Assembly (NCBI RefSeq): GCF_964204645.1
Contig: NC_134027.1
Span: 6,976,485-7,040,484, forward strand
Reading direction: 5' to 3'
Length of the DNA: 64,000 nucleotides
From: Tubulanus polymorphus
Lineage: Eukaryota > Animalia > Nemertea
Shown here: in pieces, positions 50,917 through 64,000 of the stretch
Layout: each line of letters starts with the position of its first letter
Numbering within the stretch: position 1 is the first letter of the stretch
The notes under the pieces: generated by a model
Told to the model about the DNA's origin: nothing
Databases searched by the model: none
What the model saw: only the letters and a program-made list of their open reading frames with translations
Position numbers and translations under genes: made by a program

Positions 50917-53900
50917 TCATAAAACCGATTTGTATTTACACGCAAACATTACCCAAGTCGCGCAGACTGACTCTGGATAAGTGAAAACTCGCACACGTAC
51001 AGCCAGTTTAACGTGATCTCCGCGACAATTAATTATTTCTTCACAGACTGGAGCCCTAAAAGAATTGAAGATATATGGAGTGATGTTACTTAAACAAATT
51101 TTTTCGAATGCATTTTTCAAGAACGCTGGAAAATCAAGCAGTTTACTCAAAAAAATCATTTTCACTACCAAAACGATATTTCTAATGTACCTGAGACAAG
51201 CGGCAAATGCTTTCCGAGAATTTCTATGCACAAACTGTATTGGGTAGCCTTTAAATGTATGTCCATCAGGAACTGCACGACGAATAGCTTGCTGGAACTC
51301 TTCGTTACCAATACTCATACCTATAACAACAGACAAAATGCACATGAGTAAGCACAGTAGCTGCTGTACATGTACTAGGATTTTCATGCAACATCACCTG
51401 ACCTGATATTCGTTCCATTTCATACGCTGAAAGAGCTGGTGTAAGCAAATAGCTCAAATGGTCTTCCCACACTGTATTCAAACCTTGATCCTGCAAAATA
51501 ATGTATTTTAATCTATGTACAGCTATTTTCAAAGATTTAATTAAGACGATGGAAACTTCTTTATATAAATGTATACAAACCCGTCTATGCTGTGACACAA
51601 GAACGCGAAGTTCCTGTTCCAAATCATTACTGAGAACGGCTGAACCCAGCTTCGGCGCAGCTAGTGGTGGTAGTGTTGGCCATGAGGGAGCAGCTCCAGA
51701 TATACAAACAGATTTTATAGCATCTTCAGACATAGCCTTCCACAAAGATTCCTCGGTCAGATGAAACTGACAAATCTCAACAGCATCGGACGGCTTGTAG
51801 TTTAAAGAAAGAACAGAAAACAAAACATCTTGTAATCGAGTCACGAAAATACAAAAATGTTAGCATTTTCGTAATAAGCCTACCTGACTGTTAGCATAGA
51901 AGTTCTTGTGGTTGAAGACACAACCAATTGTTCTGTAGGGGTATTCTGGCTTAGGCTGGGGTACGGACGGTGGGTCATTTGGATTAATTGGTTGGTGAAC
52001 ATATCTGAAATAAGGTTAGTAATCATCCACTGATTTGAAATCATTTATCAGTTCCTCAACATTTTGAAAAGATATATACAGTTCACAACTGTTCTACTGT
52101 TGTGCTGATCAAAAATATGAGGTGGTTTCAAACTAATACTTGAGTTCAACCTTTTTTTAAACGAAAATTAGGTAACAAGCAAACTTAATTCTGCATCGAA
52201 CCAACCTGTGTCCAGTTAAGCATTCCCAGAAGGTTGTTAAACCATCAGGAGCCCGAGTCATCACCCAACTGTGTGGAACACCTTTCGCTTTAGTGCCAAC
52301 GCAAACATACGCATCGAGACCAAATCCGAGTAGAAGACTGCACAGCAAAACTGCATGATCTTCGCTGTCCTGCAATAACAATCGCAAAATCTTTCATAAA
52401 TTTCAAAAACATCAATGGTGCTTCAAAACAGGTGTGGATTAACTAATTATTTTTCGGTTATTCATTTTTGGACTTACACCTTTATTTCGACAGAGAGAAG
52501 CATGCATAGATGTCCACTGTTCCGAACGCCCTCCACCTACAGTTGGAACTCTTTCATAACCGATCAGACTAACAAAACGAGATGCATGTCGTGGCGTGTC
52601 TAACAACCGTCCAGCTCTCAACGGTTTCACATAGGAGCACACCGGTCGATTTGTACCACATTCATCCTGGAACACGCAAAAAATATTATCACAATTTTTT
52701 CTTTGAGCAATGAAACTGAATTTGTATGGAACAGTATAGCTTACCTGCGCGAAAATTTTCACTAATCTTAAACTGTGAGAGTCTCGAATTTGCAAGAATT
52801 CCTTCCACCACTGTTTCGCGTAGACTAAGAATAATCTTTCCTTCTCTGCCTGTTTCCCGCGTTCTAGACTGATCTGAGTTGATACTACGTCTTCTGTCAG
52901 CAATTTTTCGGTCTTCGGTAAAAGCTCAAGTTTCACTTCTAACATGCCAATAGGAACTTTACTTTCCGTACCTGTGATGAAAAATTGTAAAATCTTCCAA
53001 TTGGGGGCAGCACTGTATTATCGAGCTGGCGCCAAATGTGTTAAGGGGAGAAGACCTGCTTAAACCTACCAACGCCTTTTAATTCTATTGCTGTGTTCAT
53101 TCGACTGTCTCTACAAGTTAACACAGTTCTCCATTCAAGATAATGCGATGATAGAAGTGTTGTATCTCCCAACATATCTGTTTTGATGAGTACAATATGA
53201 ATAGGATCACACAGTGACAGCATTGTAGTAGTGTCAGCCATACGAGCAGCATCACCTGTAAAAGTAGAAATTGGAAAAATATTTCATCTAGATAGAACCT
53301 GAACATCTGATTCATAAAAAAGACCAATCTATTCGATATATTTGATTTTAAGCACAGAGTAACTTACCAGCCATTTCTTTATGTAACTCGAGTATGAAGG
53401 TTTCCTGTATGTCAGGATCACATGCGCACGGCACTGGCCGTGAAGTAAATCTTTGTCCACGGAACTGAATGTGAAGAGTGAACGTCGCCGAAAAATTTCC
53501 TCCGGGATACGACTCCGGTTCTTGCAAATGCTCCAAAAAGGCTCGACCTCCAACAATTTGTAGATACAGGTAACGACGAGTTGAATCAATATTTGCTAAA
53601 AATATATTTCAAAATGGTTAGATAGCTGGCCTGGGCCTACCAAGATTTAGGACACATAGGCCTATGAAAGGGTTAAGGCTATTGAATACCTACACTTCTT
53701 TATTCCAGTTCTCTCATCTTTTCCAACCCGTTGACCAGATATTTGATTCTTCTGCTCTCTGTTCTCCTTCTGTTCATCGCCAAGATGTAATTTACTCATG
53801 ATCTCATCGACAATTCCTTTTCGATTCAGAGCGTTGTACAGATCTGCCTCGCTGACGCCATTGTTGCTTTCTTCTCGTTCGGGCAAAAGCTCACGGACGC

Positions 53901-54154
53901 AAGACTGGATATCAAGCTGCAATTGTAAGTACATGTTTTTCCAGAAACTTATCTCCCTCGCTTATATATAGTTTTAAATCAATTAATTGACTTGCTTGGA
54001 TTTAACAATCAATAAATCAGAACAAAATATTGAGCTTTTTGACGTTGTTTACGAGAGTAGTCAATAAATAGGGCCACCGAAATTACTGTACCTGGGCCAA
54101 CTGCTCATGGACTATCTGTCGCAATTCAGCCACCTTCTCTGGTCGCAGTGGCAT
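50917..54154 (-). CDS. CEP76: Centrosomal protein of 76 kDa
   Basis: Multi-exon. N-terminus MPLRPEKVAELRQIVHEQLAQ; FRGQRFTSRPVPCACDP, ERLFLVYAKQWWKEFLQIR, AGRLLDTPR, DSEDHAVLLCSLLLGFGLDA, RRAVPDGHTFKGYPIQF and C-terminal WVMFACKYKSVL. Confidence 0.96.
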
Positions 54155-54414
54155 CTTTTCTCAACAAATAGTGTAGCAAATAGTAGAGGCTGAAGCAAAT
54201 TTGAAAAATAGCCGGAATGTATAGGGCAATCACTAATCGCCGGAACTGGCCTGCTTTTTGGACATATCTGATGAAATTGGATAAACTTTTTAGAATATAT
54301 TTATACGGATTGCGTTGTACATAAATATAGTATACAAGACAGAAAAATAGACAAGTGACTAAAAAGATAGCCTAAAAATAGTAATGGATGCTTCAGTTGC
54401 AAAAGTATTGAATG

Positions 54415-54482
54415 ATCTCTACCGGATTCGAACCCAAAATTGAATGTGAATCTGCGCCGTTGCGTTTAACTAGCCACTATTC
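54415..54482 (-). other. Degenerate tRNA-like/SINE-head sequence (Pol III A/B boxes)
   Basis: Minus strand gaatagtggctagttaaacgc...gggttcgaatccggtagagat: a clean B box and a loose A box. No convincing cloverleaf. Confidence 0.35.
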
Positions 54483-54661
54483 AAAATGGCGCCCTCCTGC
54501 TCTCGATTTGATTGAAACAACTCAAGCGTCGCATTGTTCTCTTTTTCCTCTCGCATACGTAAAAACTTCGAATCGATTCAACCGATGTTATGTCGTTGTT
54601 AATGTTGTGCATTGTCTATTGATCATTTTACTCGTTTATCCCTAATAACTTGATAATAATT

Positions 54662-57056
54662 ATGGCGCATATAGACGAATGTTTTGTAAATTACGTGAGC
54701 ATACCCTGTCTGTCCGGAGTGGCTGATATACAAAATTGCGCCGCTGCTCATCGTTGCACATTATCAGAGGATGCAAATACGCATTTGTTGCATTTAACAT
54801 TAAAGAAACTGGGACCAACTATGGCACAAAAAGTGGTGATGAAACGTAAGTATTCAAAAAAAATTTTCAAAAATATCTTTGTTGGTGCTCATTGTCAGTC
54901 AGTGAAATAACATGAATATGGAATTTTTACAGTTATAGATGCAGGGAAAATTCTGTTAGATGATAAAGATCGAGAATTTGAAGTTGAAAAAGTTCTCGAT
55001 CATCAAATGGATGAAGATACAGTAAGTAATTCTTAATCTTGCAGCAAGTGATATTTGGTGCCAATGCGGCATTATTCCTTATTTTGCCAATGGCTCATTC
55101 TTGTCAGCTAATTTACACAGCGCGTGCATTAAGGTGCGCGACTTAAGAAAAAGAGTGGTTGAGGATAGAGTAAGTAATTCTTACACTGAATTAAAAACTG
55201 CTTTGCTTCTTTGAATAAAAAATTTGCTAAAGATTATGCATAAACAGCTGTTGTCAGGCTTAGCAGTTAGAATAATGATGATTGTTTTTTCATGTTTTCA
55301 TGGTTTTGTCGATAAATTGCAACATTTTATTTGTAGAAGGATATGTATTACTTTGTTAAGTGGAAAGGTTGGAATAACAAACACAATACGTGGGAACCAG
55401 CCGACAATCTGATAGGTTGCCTCAACGTTATCGATGAATACAATCAAGCTTTGCAAATGAGCAGAAAAGAGCGCTCTTTAAAACGCAAGAGGGACGAAGC
55501 TGAGTTAGATGGCGAAAATTCGAATCAGAATAAAATTCAAGAGCTTATCGAAACGTTAAAGCGTTCTAAATTACAGATTACCCCTCTTACGTTATTACAA
55601 GAGATGAGTAATCTGGATGGAATGTCGAAAATGTTCATTCGTCGTGGCCTGCTCACTGACCGCAGTGGTCAGTTACAGTTCACTCGCAAGCGTAAACCTA
55701 AAGCTCCGAATTATGCGAATAAAAAAAGCAAATCGTATAAAAACAAACATCTAATGGTGCAGAAGCGATTAAAGGAGTGGGAAGAAGAAATAAATAGGAT
55801 TAGTTTGGACCCGGCGCCCATATCCGTCGTAAATGAGGTTGATCTCGAGGGTCCTCCTGAAAATTTCGTGTACATAAATGATTACTTGCCGCAAGATGGT
55901 ATCGTCATACCTCAGGATCCGATGATTGGCTGTACGTGCGACGATTGTTACGCAGAGAAATCGACGGGTTGTTGTCCGTCAGCTAGCGGTACGGAGTTCG
56001 CGTACTATCTACGAAAGCGCGTGCGTCTGCCTCCGCGGTCGCCGATATACGAGTGCAACAAGCGCTGTAAATGCGGCCCTGAATGTCCTAATCGTGTTGT
56101 ACAACTAGGACGTAAGTTCAAAGTGGCAATATTCCGTACTGCGAACGGGAAAGGTTGGGGAGTTCGTGCTTTACAGAAAATTAAGCGAGGTTCATTTGTG
56201 ATGGAATATGTTGGAGAGGTATGGCTGGCTTCTATTGTCACATGTGTCATCAATTCTTTTCACGTGCGTTTCTGTATCGAGATATATGTTCTACACGTTT
56301 CAGGTTATCACTACTGAAGAGGCTGAAAGAAGGGGCAAAATTTATGATGGCGAAGGACTGACTTACTTGTTCGATTTGGATTATCAAGAAAGCCTGGATT
56401 GTCCTTACACGGTAGATGCTGGTGTCTACGGCAACGTCTCTCATTTTGTCAATCATTCTGTAAGTGATATTTTTAGCTTCTAACTCACACCGTCAAATCA
56501 TACTTTGAAACATTTCTAAATTCTTAATTCTAGTGTGAGCCTAACCTCGCTGTATATTGTGTTTGGATCAACACCCTGGACCCACATCTTCCAAGAATAG
56601 CTTTATTTTCCACCAAAGACATAGACCGCGGTGAAGAGCTGTCTTTTGACTACCGAATGTTCAGTAGGTTGATTATTCTTAGATCGTCGGTCATTCAAGT
56701 TTTGCGCTCATATTCAATTTCATAAGTTTCAATTCGTTTTCAGCTGGAAATCGTGATCAAAGTGTAGATAGGTCGCTTACAGAGTTGGATAGGTCATTTT
56801 CTGCTGTGGACCAGTCTAATACCAAATTGCTGACGGAAGTGCAGTCTCCAAATTCTGAAAAGTCACTTTCTGGCAAATCTGTTTCTGATATCTTTGAATC
56901 TTCCACAGAAGGTTTGTTATCTCGCATTCAAATTGCTAAAACCAATCGCAGAAATTTGGTCGTAACATTTTAACAGTTTATATCCGCAACATGTTTCAAC
57001 TGTATCGCACAAGTTAATGTTGATATTCAGAATTCAGAGTTAGTTCATATTTTATC

Positions 57057-57093
<37 letters not shown>

Positions 57094-57526
57094 TATTGAA
57101 CTTTGTGGCTGAATCCCTATTTATTATGTAAGATATCAGGAGTCCAGTTTTTATTGAAGATATAAGACCTGTTTTTTCTTATCTGTATTGACAATTATCT
57201 TTACAGTTACTAAAGATGAAGTTAAGGTGAAAGTTGAAAGTAAAGCCAATGGGGAGCCTCTGCCAAGCCTAAAAGAGCATGTTTTATCCGGTTTGTCTGA
57301 AGATACGGAGAGCAAATCATTACTGCCTACACCTCCTGCAAGCCTAATAATGGGAGACAGCCAGCCCGATTCAGAAGCTGCTGTAATCATTTCATCGTCT
57401 TATTCTCCGACACCGGGAGATACGGCTCCATCAAGAAGTGCTGCAAGCCCCTTGCAGTCACCTATCAACAAAATACGAATTAAGTGTCAATGTGGAGCAA
57501 AAAAATGTCGGGGTTTTCTGTTCTAA
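54662..57526 (+). CDS. SUV39H1: Histone H3K9 methyltransferase SUV39H1/2 (Su(var)3-9)
   Basis: Exons 54662-54845, 54933-55021, 55337-56218, 56304-56459, 56534-56663, 56744-56911, 57207-57526. Chromodomain EFEVEKVLD...YFVKWKGW...NTWEP; pre-[23 protein letters not shown]; [31 protein letters not shown]; post-[17 protein letters not shown]. Confidence 0.95.
57056..57096. repeat. (AT)n microsatellite in SUV39H intron
   Basis: atatatat run with one g interruption. Confidence 0.9.
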
Positions 57527-57920
57527 ACTGGTTTACTTCAATTTTAGTGTTTTGTTCTGAATTCAAATATTTATTAATCATTTCTCTGTAATCCATTCGT
57601 GATTCATATAATTCTGTGTAAATACAAGCATTTGGGCTCATTTTTGTAAAAATAGAGTGAATTTTTGTAATGATAATATTTGATATTTTATTTTTGTATC
57701 AGTCCAACCATTTCGTGTGATTGTAAAAAAATTGTATATACCTACAGTTGGAGTGTATTTTAACTACCGGTTTTGCATCTTTATCATGTGTATGTCTGTA
57801 AGCTGTAAATTACTGTGCTTTATATATTGAATAGAAACGTGTGCAAAAATCATTTTATAATACAGAAGCAGCTGGTATATACTAGTATTACTTATGCCGA
57901 TACTTGTGGGTAAATCTGGT

Positions 57921-58232
57921 AAAAGGGGTAAAAGATTTGCATACTTTTAGCACTTTCGCATAACAAAGGTTAACACATCTGTCACAGCACCAGTCATTTT
58001 TATGATACATGGACAGCAGATAATGAATATGGATTTTAGTCAGAACTTTTCCATATTAATCTAATGTTTCAAGCAAGTGTATTGATCTTGAAAGGGTAAA
58101 AATACTTTCGTAGAGATTTTAGCACTTTCTCGTTTAATACAAAGGTTGAAACGTCTGTGAGAGATAATAGATATGAATTTTAGTCGACTGTTCCATATAA
58201 ATCTAATGGGTCGAGTGTGTTGATCTTGAAAA
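57921..58232. repeat. Old diverged tandem duplication (~140-170 bp) in the SUV39H 3' region
   Basis: aagggtaaaa..ttttagcactttc..acaaaggtt..agataat..attttagtc..ttccatat..aatctaatg..ttgatcttgaaa occurs twice in the same order. Confidence 0.75.
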
Positions 58233-58736
58233 AGATTACTGTTACATGGTATTTGTCCTTTGTTATGTAGAGATCATGAATGAAATAAATCTTACATTGT
58301 ACAATATTTAATTTTATTCTAGTTCTCATTTAGGACATTTTTTAACAGCAGGCTTTTCCATATTTGTCCGACACTCTACATTTGATTTATTTGACAGTTT
58401 TAAAGTATAGGTTTTACTTACTCAATTAGACCACACCACAATAAAACAAATGTGATTGTTTTGTAGAAGCTTAATTTATTTAAATATAAACAATTATTAT
58501 AGTGTTATTCAAATACATGTATATAAATTTATACAATAATTCTATAAAAATCATATACATAGTAAACTCTCTGCTTACCTCGGAACTGCGTACCTCAGAT
58601 TATCACTTGCCTGGGATGAATATTTTCTGCCAATAAGACTTCTTATATAAACAGCTAAAATGTAATGATCTCGCAAGATCCTAGGTAAGCAGCGTTTACT
58701 GTATCAACAATTGTAGTTCATGAACTTCTGATCGTT

Positions 58737-59697
58737 TCAGTTATCATTAGAATGTATGAGGCTTTCACAGGGTTTGTCTATCTTTTTACGGCCTTGCAAT
58801 GCATCCAACTCTATGACCACTAAACATTCCAGTACATTGGCACCCAACTGACCAGCTAATTCACAAGCACCGACCATTGTACCTAGCAGGAAGAAATAAC
58901 TTGATCATGCATACAACACATAGAATAATAAAAGAAATAATTTTCTATTCAGCCTTAAATCCATTTAAAATATGCTCTAAGAAATTGGCTTTACATCACA
59001 CATTTAATGAGAATATAGAAACAGAGAAAACTGAAATAATATTTTCTCTATGCCCTGACTGATGGCTATGTAAAACCACACAACCCAGGATAGTGTAACC
59101 CAGGATATTACCTCCAGTTGCCAACAGATCGTCAACTATTATAATATTGTCCCCAGACTTCACTGCATCTTTCTGCACTTCAATTACATCCTGAAAGTGT
59201 TTGCAAGATCATTTTTCACTACATTACTTGAACTGTTGATCATGAATATCATTGTTTTATTTAGAAAAAAAGTTATTACCTTTCCATATTCTAATGTATA
59301 GTTGACACTCAACAAGTCTCCAGGAAGTTTTCCTTTTTTGCGAAATGGAACGAATGATGTACTAAGTCTTAAAGCAATTATCGGACCAAATAGAAAGCCT
59401 CTCGATTCCAAACCAACAATGGCATCTATCTTACATTTTCCGTGTCTTTTCTGGATACCAGTAACCATCAAATCTATAATATCCCCAAACATGGATGGAT
59501 CCTTCAACCAAGAGAATACATCCCTAAAAGACCAAAGTAAAAATAACAGAAGTTTACAAACCTGTGCAAAGTCAAGTCGTGATTGGATTTGGAAATTGCC
59601 GTTGGACTACTTACCAAAAACATATTCCAGGTTTCGGCCAATCTTGATATTTTATGACAGCCTTTTTCAATCTTTCGATCTTCTCAGATTCATCCAT
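58737..59697 (-). CDS. APRT: Adenine phosphoribosyltransferase
   Basis: Exons 59697-59615, 59523-59280, 59190-59112, 58882-58737. DWPKPGI.F.D, IVGLESRGFLFG, RKKGKLPG, Y.LEYG and the PRPP motif IIIVDDLLATGGT. Confidence 0.96.
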
Positions 59698-59946
59698 CGT
59701 ACTGCTGTCACCTGAATACGCCGGGTGCAATTAGCGATGATAAACTATCTACCGTTGCTATCAGTTGCCGTCTCGTGCTGCCATCTGTGATCGGCGCTAA
59801 TGCTTCTGTGTTTTGCATGCCTGTTATCAGCTTTTCACTGAAACTTCATAGAAAATTCAGATACTTAATTTTGCATTCCTTGAAATGATTTCAGCAGTGA
59901 ATTTAAGAAAATCTACTAAAATCTATAAGATTTTGCGTTACATTCC

Positions 59947-61460
59947 ATGATGGCTGCCATAATTTCGAAAATCCCGGAACTCGGTGTTAAATTTAGCCAT
60001 TTACGTCTGTCTCTACCTTATTTCGGATTGAAGGAAGTACGAGAATATGCTAAAAGTTCGAAAGTTCCATTGGAAATAAAAGATCGGATGCTAAGAAAGA
60101 TCCTGAAAAAGAAGTAAGCCCTTAAGATACATTTTCTAAATCATGTCACTACTGTATAGGTGGCAGCATATGATGATAGCTCGTAATTTCCTCGGGCCGG
60201 GCTAATCCGACCCTCATCCTGTATTTTTCAGACAATCCGAGTGGGATATAAGTCCAACAGTAAGTAACATAACTAAACTATAGAACTGCTCAAACTAGAA
60301 AAAAAACTATTTTATTTTTGGTGGATGGTGGTTGTCTGGGGAGTATTTATTTAACGCGTCGGCAATACCGAATACACTTTCTTAAAAGTTAAACATTATT
60401 TTTTGCAGTTTGGAGATCCAGTGAAAATTACCCCAAATTTTCTGAAAAAGTCAGTATTTACGAGAGGTACTTTGCGCCGCGCTCAACAACTCAGTACTGT
60501 TTATTACAAATATATTACTGACATAATCAACAGTGGTGAGTTGCATTCATCACTTGCAGAAAAGGAAATTTTTATCAGTAAGGTAGAAAAACACAATTGT
60601 CAATTGAGTTCAGTTTGGAATTAGAATTATTTCTATTCTAATAATTCTGTCTGATCTTTCAGGTAACGATGTCGCCCGATTTCAGTGAACTAACAGTGAA
60701 ATGGTTGGCTAGTGGAACTGAAGAAGATGAAATTAATCAAGAAATATTCGAATGCAGCGCATGGTGCCTGAGGTAATTTCCAAAATAAAAATAGCAAAAA
60801 ATATTTTCAACTCTTGGTCGTAAATCAGATTTTCTATTTACATTGAGCTTAAGGCTAAATAATATTATTACCTTGTTTCTCATTTCTACTGTGCTCAAAA
60901 TTTAACCATATAAGATCTGTTTTAGGTCGATATTGACCGGCTACAATGTCACGTCAAGATGCCCGAGGATTGTGTTTGTACCAGATTACAAAGAAGCCAG
61001 ACTGTTAGAACTGGATAGAATCTTGGCTGCAGTAGATAAAGGCCCTCCTGATGAGATTGAGCAAACAGTAAATAACGAGGAATCTAATGTCGATTCATCT
61101 AGTATTGCATCCTCGTTTCAAAATGACATTTTGGATCTGGACCACTCATTAATTATGAAGAAGATTATAAGTTCAAAGAAAAAGACTTCAGATCGATCCT
61201 ACGATAACAATGAACTCGATGCGCTGGATATTAAACCGGAATCATTGGACGATTTCAAGATGAAACTCGCCAAAATGAAACGCATGCGCAGCAAAAAAGA
61301 GAAACTGCAAACAGAGAGTAAAAAAATAGATCGCGAAGCGTTTATTGACGATTATGAAAGTCTGACATCATCAAGAAGGAAATATGACAATGACACATCA
61401 TATGAACATTTACAAATGGATTATGAGAGTGATTATTATGACGATTCGGAGCCTCAATAA
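59947..61460 (+). CDS. RBFA: Mitochondrial ribosome-binding factor A
   Basis: Exons ~59947-60113, 60232-60259, 60409-60582, 60663-60772, 60926-61460. Presequence-like N-terminus, ISKVTMSPDFSELTVKW, PRIVFVPD..ARLLELDRILAAVD.GP and LDLDHSLIMKKI. Confidence 0.88.
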
Positions 61461-61586
61461 TCAAATAAAGATTTCTTTATTGATTAATCGTATTTCTGTA
61501 TTATGAGAGAATGAGACATCATTGTATATAGCAGTGGTATTTACATGATATATACATGTTGTACTTCAGATGAACGTACAGTTATA

Positions 61587-61734
61587 TGGTAGAATCCGCT
61601 TAATTCGGATCATTTGGGACCAATAAAATTCATCGGGTTTACGGAAAATCCCGATTAAGTCATTTTCTTGTATATTAGTGATGCCTGCAAAAAGTCGGCA
61701 TTAGACTAAAATTTGAATTAAGCGGGTTTGACTG
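61587..61734. mobile_element. Decayed pogo/Tigger-like MITE
   Basis: ta|tggtagaatccgcttaattc ... gaattaagcgggtttgactg|ta. Confidence 0.65.
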
Positions 61735-61871
61735 TACCATTCTGTTGAAGACAAAACCCATTCATTTCAATCATTTCCAGCATGTCTCGGCTAAGATATT
61801 TATTTCAATCCAGACTTAGATAAATGAAAATAAATGCATATTTTTTCAGCCTTAGTTACAGCCAGCTTTCA

Positions 61872-63229
61872 TCATGAGACTTCAGTCACATTTTCGGGTA
61901 ATTTAGTAGTTTCATCATCTACATCGTCATCATCTTCAACAAGATCTTCATCAGCGTCATCATCAATAACGATTGGTTTTTCTGCAGAACCAAAATTAAA
62001 ATGACTGAAGAATGAATCGAACGAAACAAAAAGGAAAACTGTTTCCTTAAACTGATATGTTACCTGTTTCACTTCCTTTGGGTGTTAAAAATACACGGTT
62101 CATAACAAGTTTTTTATGAGTATGACCGTAATAATTGACTTCGAGTTCTGGACCTTTCACCGATTTCCCCGGTGCCAAGTTCCAATTCCCAAATGTTTTA
62201 GCTAAAATATAAATGAAGTTTCATATTAAAACTGTTGATGATAGAATGAAGTACGCTCCACTGTGGCAAGCGTGGATCTGCCAGGTTCGCTATTGGTAAC
62301 TGGGTTATCACGCTTCAATTTCCTCTAAATTTCAGTTTCAGTTAAATTCAAATCAAGTTACATTCTCATTGCTGCTCACCTTTCATGCGATATTCTTCTT
62401 CAAATAAGACATTTGAGCCGACTGTATCCTTGTATTCTCCTGAGTAAACAGCACCTCCGATTTCCAACAGCGGGTTTTCACCATCAAGATTCTGAAAATA
62501 TACATTCAATTTCTATACATACAAATACTTGAGGCGGCAAGACAGTTTGAATGCGATGATGCACACCAATATTGTACAGGTCTCTCCAGCTTTGTAAAGA
62601 AAATCTTTATCAATCACTCCAGCCAACTCCATTACAACTAACGTCTCCTAGAAAAAAAATTGAAAATCAAGAATCTATAAATCCAAAATTATTGTCAGTA
62701 ACAGGGGGTCTTTGCCGAAATCCAAGGCATAATACCAACAACACCATAATCTGAGTCATCCTCGCTTGCCCTGGCCGCCAGACCCTTGATTAGTCTATAA
62801 GACCACCCAAGATTTCTTAGGTGGACAGGTTGCCACTCAGCAGCCACCTGTCTAAGCTTATATATCTAACCAAACAGATGTCTGGTTAGAGCAAATCTGT
62901 CGAAAAACAACGCATCTGATTGGATTGCCGCCGAGCGGCACCCTGTACACCTGTCCAAAGTAATAATCTTCTGCGGCCAGAGTTTGTATTGGCATGAGCT
63001 TCGGTGAGAGGGAATCTAACACTGACATTGAGTGATTCCACTGAGAGCTCCAAAATTAAAAAACCGATGAACCAAAACTTATGTAGTTACATTTCGGTAA
63101 ATAGTGCGACTCATTTCATTCTTTCTATGTTTTTAGGACAAAGTAAACCGAGATATTCATCAAATTTCATTAGATCATTATCAGTATATTAACCTCTTCC
63201 TCTGTATCACTTTGATCGCCTGAATTCAT
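61872..63229 (-). CDS. GTF3C6: General transcription factor IIIC subunit 6 (TFIIIC35)
   Basis: Exons 63229-63194, 62647-62567, 62491-62380, 62201-62064, 61981-61872 in frame. EEEETLVVMELAGVID.DFL, ENPLLEIGGAVYSGEYKDTVGSNVLFEE, YYGHTHKKLVMNRVFL and an acidic tail. Confidence 0.88.
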
Positions 63230-64000
63230 GCTCAAAAAATAAACAACAATCGATTCAAAATAGATTCAATTTTTCAGCCGGGTTATCGCTAATCCTCGGT
63301 ATTGGACTCGACTCTACCGGGAAGTAGGCGTCGCTTCTTGCTATTATGCGGCAAATTTGGATCTACTTATCTCCAAATTAACGTTACGATAGTAGCTAAT
63401 TAGCAGCCTGTCAAGTAATAAACGCTGCGATCAATTGTAAGAGATAAGTAGCGAAGAATAGGGCTCTATCAGGTATAACAAAAGACAAGAGTAGGCGGCC
63501 TAGGTCACCCCCCTTTCTTTTGTAGCTGCGTCTGCCTTAGTATTTTTTTTGGTTTTTTTATTCATTTTTTCCTGGCTGGGGGATGGAAGTTTGAGCAGAT
63601 GACACCTGGGACTGGGAGGGTCTAGTGGATATGCTGTCCCGGGTGTGAATACTGCTTTGACCAACCTATTTTCTCCAAAATCTAACTTTGACCTTTTCCT
63701 TGAATTTTCTAATCCAATAAGTCGCACACTGCGACAAGTTGTGTGTGACTTAAAAAATTCAAGTAAATGGCATGTGTTCAAATGTTCATGAATTGCCAAT
63801 GGTCAACACTCGTCCTCAACAAGACCATGTTACTTACCATCAACATCGTATTATCATTTAAACATTTAATATTTCAGTTTGTAAGAAGGTTAACCGGCAA
63901 TTAATTGATAATGACAATGTAAGTTAAATGATGATTGCTTACAATTAGTTATCCCATATTCTATCTATACTGCTGTACATAAAATATAAACTTACAGATT

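Noticed and set aside
54415-54482. Functional tRNA gene
   Set aside because: A B box is present, but acceptor and anticodon stems do not pair convincingly.
62266-62325. Extra GTF3C6 exon
   Set aside because: Candidate acceptors give immediate stops, and the flanking exons already join in frame.
63500-63799. Minus-strand 99-aa ORF (AIHEHLNTC...), possibly a Penelope/GIY-YIG remnant or an exon
   Set aside because: The resemblance is too weak, there is no ATG start and no recognisable domain.

Overview
AT-rich, intron-containing animal genomic DNA, most like a marine invertebrate (lophotrochozoan-like; the species cannot be fixed from the sequence). No prokaryotic features, CRISPR arrays or rRNA. 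Gene order: intronless class-A GPCR; an SLC46 (PCFT-like) transporter cluster with a very recent 1.79-kb tandem duplication that created an in-frame chimeric half-transporter; an RGK GTPase with a 13-kb first intron; CHMP4; an island of secreted/surface genes; then CEP76, SUV39H1/2, APRT, RBFA and GTF3C6. The standout is a two-exon prepro-protein of about 970 aa (signal exon 33496-33576 spliced to 41881-44712). It has five furin-type RVKR sites and 68 tandem KR/KK-flanked copies of a His/acidic heptapeptide H-G-[T/K]-H-E-D-E, plus about 20 more dibasic-flanked peptides, many His-initiated. I do not recognise it as a known neuropeptide family. Next to it lie two 10-Cys prokineticin/MIT-toxin-fold genes with acidic Ser-Gly tails and a small LRR membrane protein. 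Transposon relics include a 778-bp MITE, pogo-like MITEs, a LINE 3' end, a MADF remnant and two tiny TSD-flanked palindromes resembling P/Galileo excision footprints. All exon boundaries were read by eye.
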